DNA of 64,000 nucleotides from Squalus acanthias (taxonomy: Eukaryota), in NCBI GenBank assembly GCA_030390025.1, contig CM059432.1, forward strand, positions 114,516,001-114,580,000, in the 5' to 3' direction. Below the pieces are notes generated by a model. It was not told where the DNA came from, searched no databases, and worked only from the letters and a program-made list of their open reading frames with translations. The position numbers and the translations under genes are program-made. Each line of letters opens with the position of its first letter. Position 1 is the stretch's first letter. This document shows, piece after piece, positions 63,701 through 64,000 of this stretch.

Positions 63701-64000
63701 TTACTATTTTCTAGTAATATTGTAAACATGGCAGCAGGATTTCCTCTGGTTACTATTTTCTAGTAATATTGTAAACATGGCGGCAGGATTTCCTCTGTTT
63801 ACTATTTTACAGTAATATTGTAAACATGGCAGCAGGATTTCCTCTGGTTACTATTTTCTAGTAATATTGTAAACATGACGGGAGGATTACCTCCGGTTAC
63901 TATGTGCTCGTAATATTGTAAACATGGCGGCAGGATTTCCTCTGGTTACTATTTTCTAGTAATATTGCAAACATGGCGGGAGGGTTTCCTCTGGTTACTC
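39777..64000. repeat. 49-bp satellite array (~495 monomers, runs off the window) with higher-order structure
   Basis: Consensus ATGGCGGGAGGATTTCCTCTGGTTACTAT[TTT/GTG]CTAGTAATATTGTAAAC; spacings between marker variants are multiples of 49 after allowing for visible indels. Confidence 0.98.

Noticed and set aside
39777..64000. CRISPR array (short, partly palindromic direct repeats)
   Set aside because: Monomers are head-to-tail with no unique spacers, there are no cas genes, and the context is vertebrate.
39777..64000. Coding tandem repeat or satellite-encoded hammerhead ribozyme
   Set aside because: 49 is not a multiple of 3, TAG/TAA stops recur, the track lists no ORF here, and the consensus has no CTGANGA/GAAA core on either strand.

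Overview
Eukaryotic, repeat-dominated vertebrate DNA. The mix of CR1/L2/RTE LINEs, a V-SINE (HE1-like), Deu-domain SINEs and many PIF/Harbinger MITEs points to a cartilaginous fish (shark); the taxon is an inference. Bases 1-18.4 kb are almost entirely nested, dead transposable elements, up to four or five levels deep, with junctions and target-site duplications readable at base level. Bases 18.4-39.7 kb are AT-rich, intron-like sequence with scattered MITEs, SINEs and LINE fragments, plus several candidate small minus-strand exons of an unidentified gene (low confidence). From about 39,777 to the window end lies a 49-bp satellite (~495 monomers). Each monomer carries two small hairpins and a dimorphic loop, and the array has exact higher-order repeats: a 93-mer (4,557 bp) proximally and an 88-mer (4,301 bp = 35-mer + 53-mer) distally. 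The array begins just inside a Harbinger-like TIR. No intact protein-coding gene, RNA gene or CRISPR array is supported. All long ORFs in the track are disrupted retroelement fragments or their antisense shadows.
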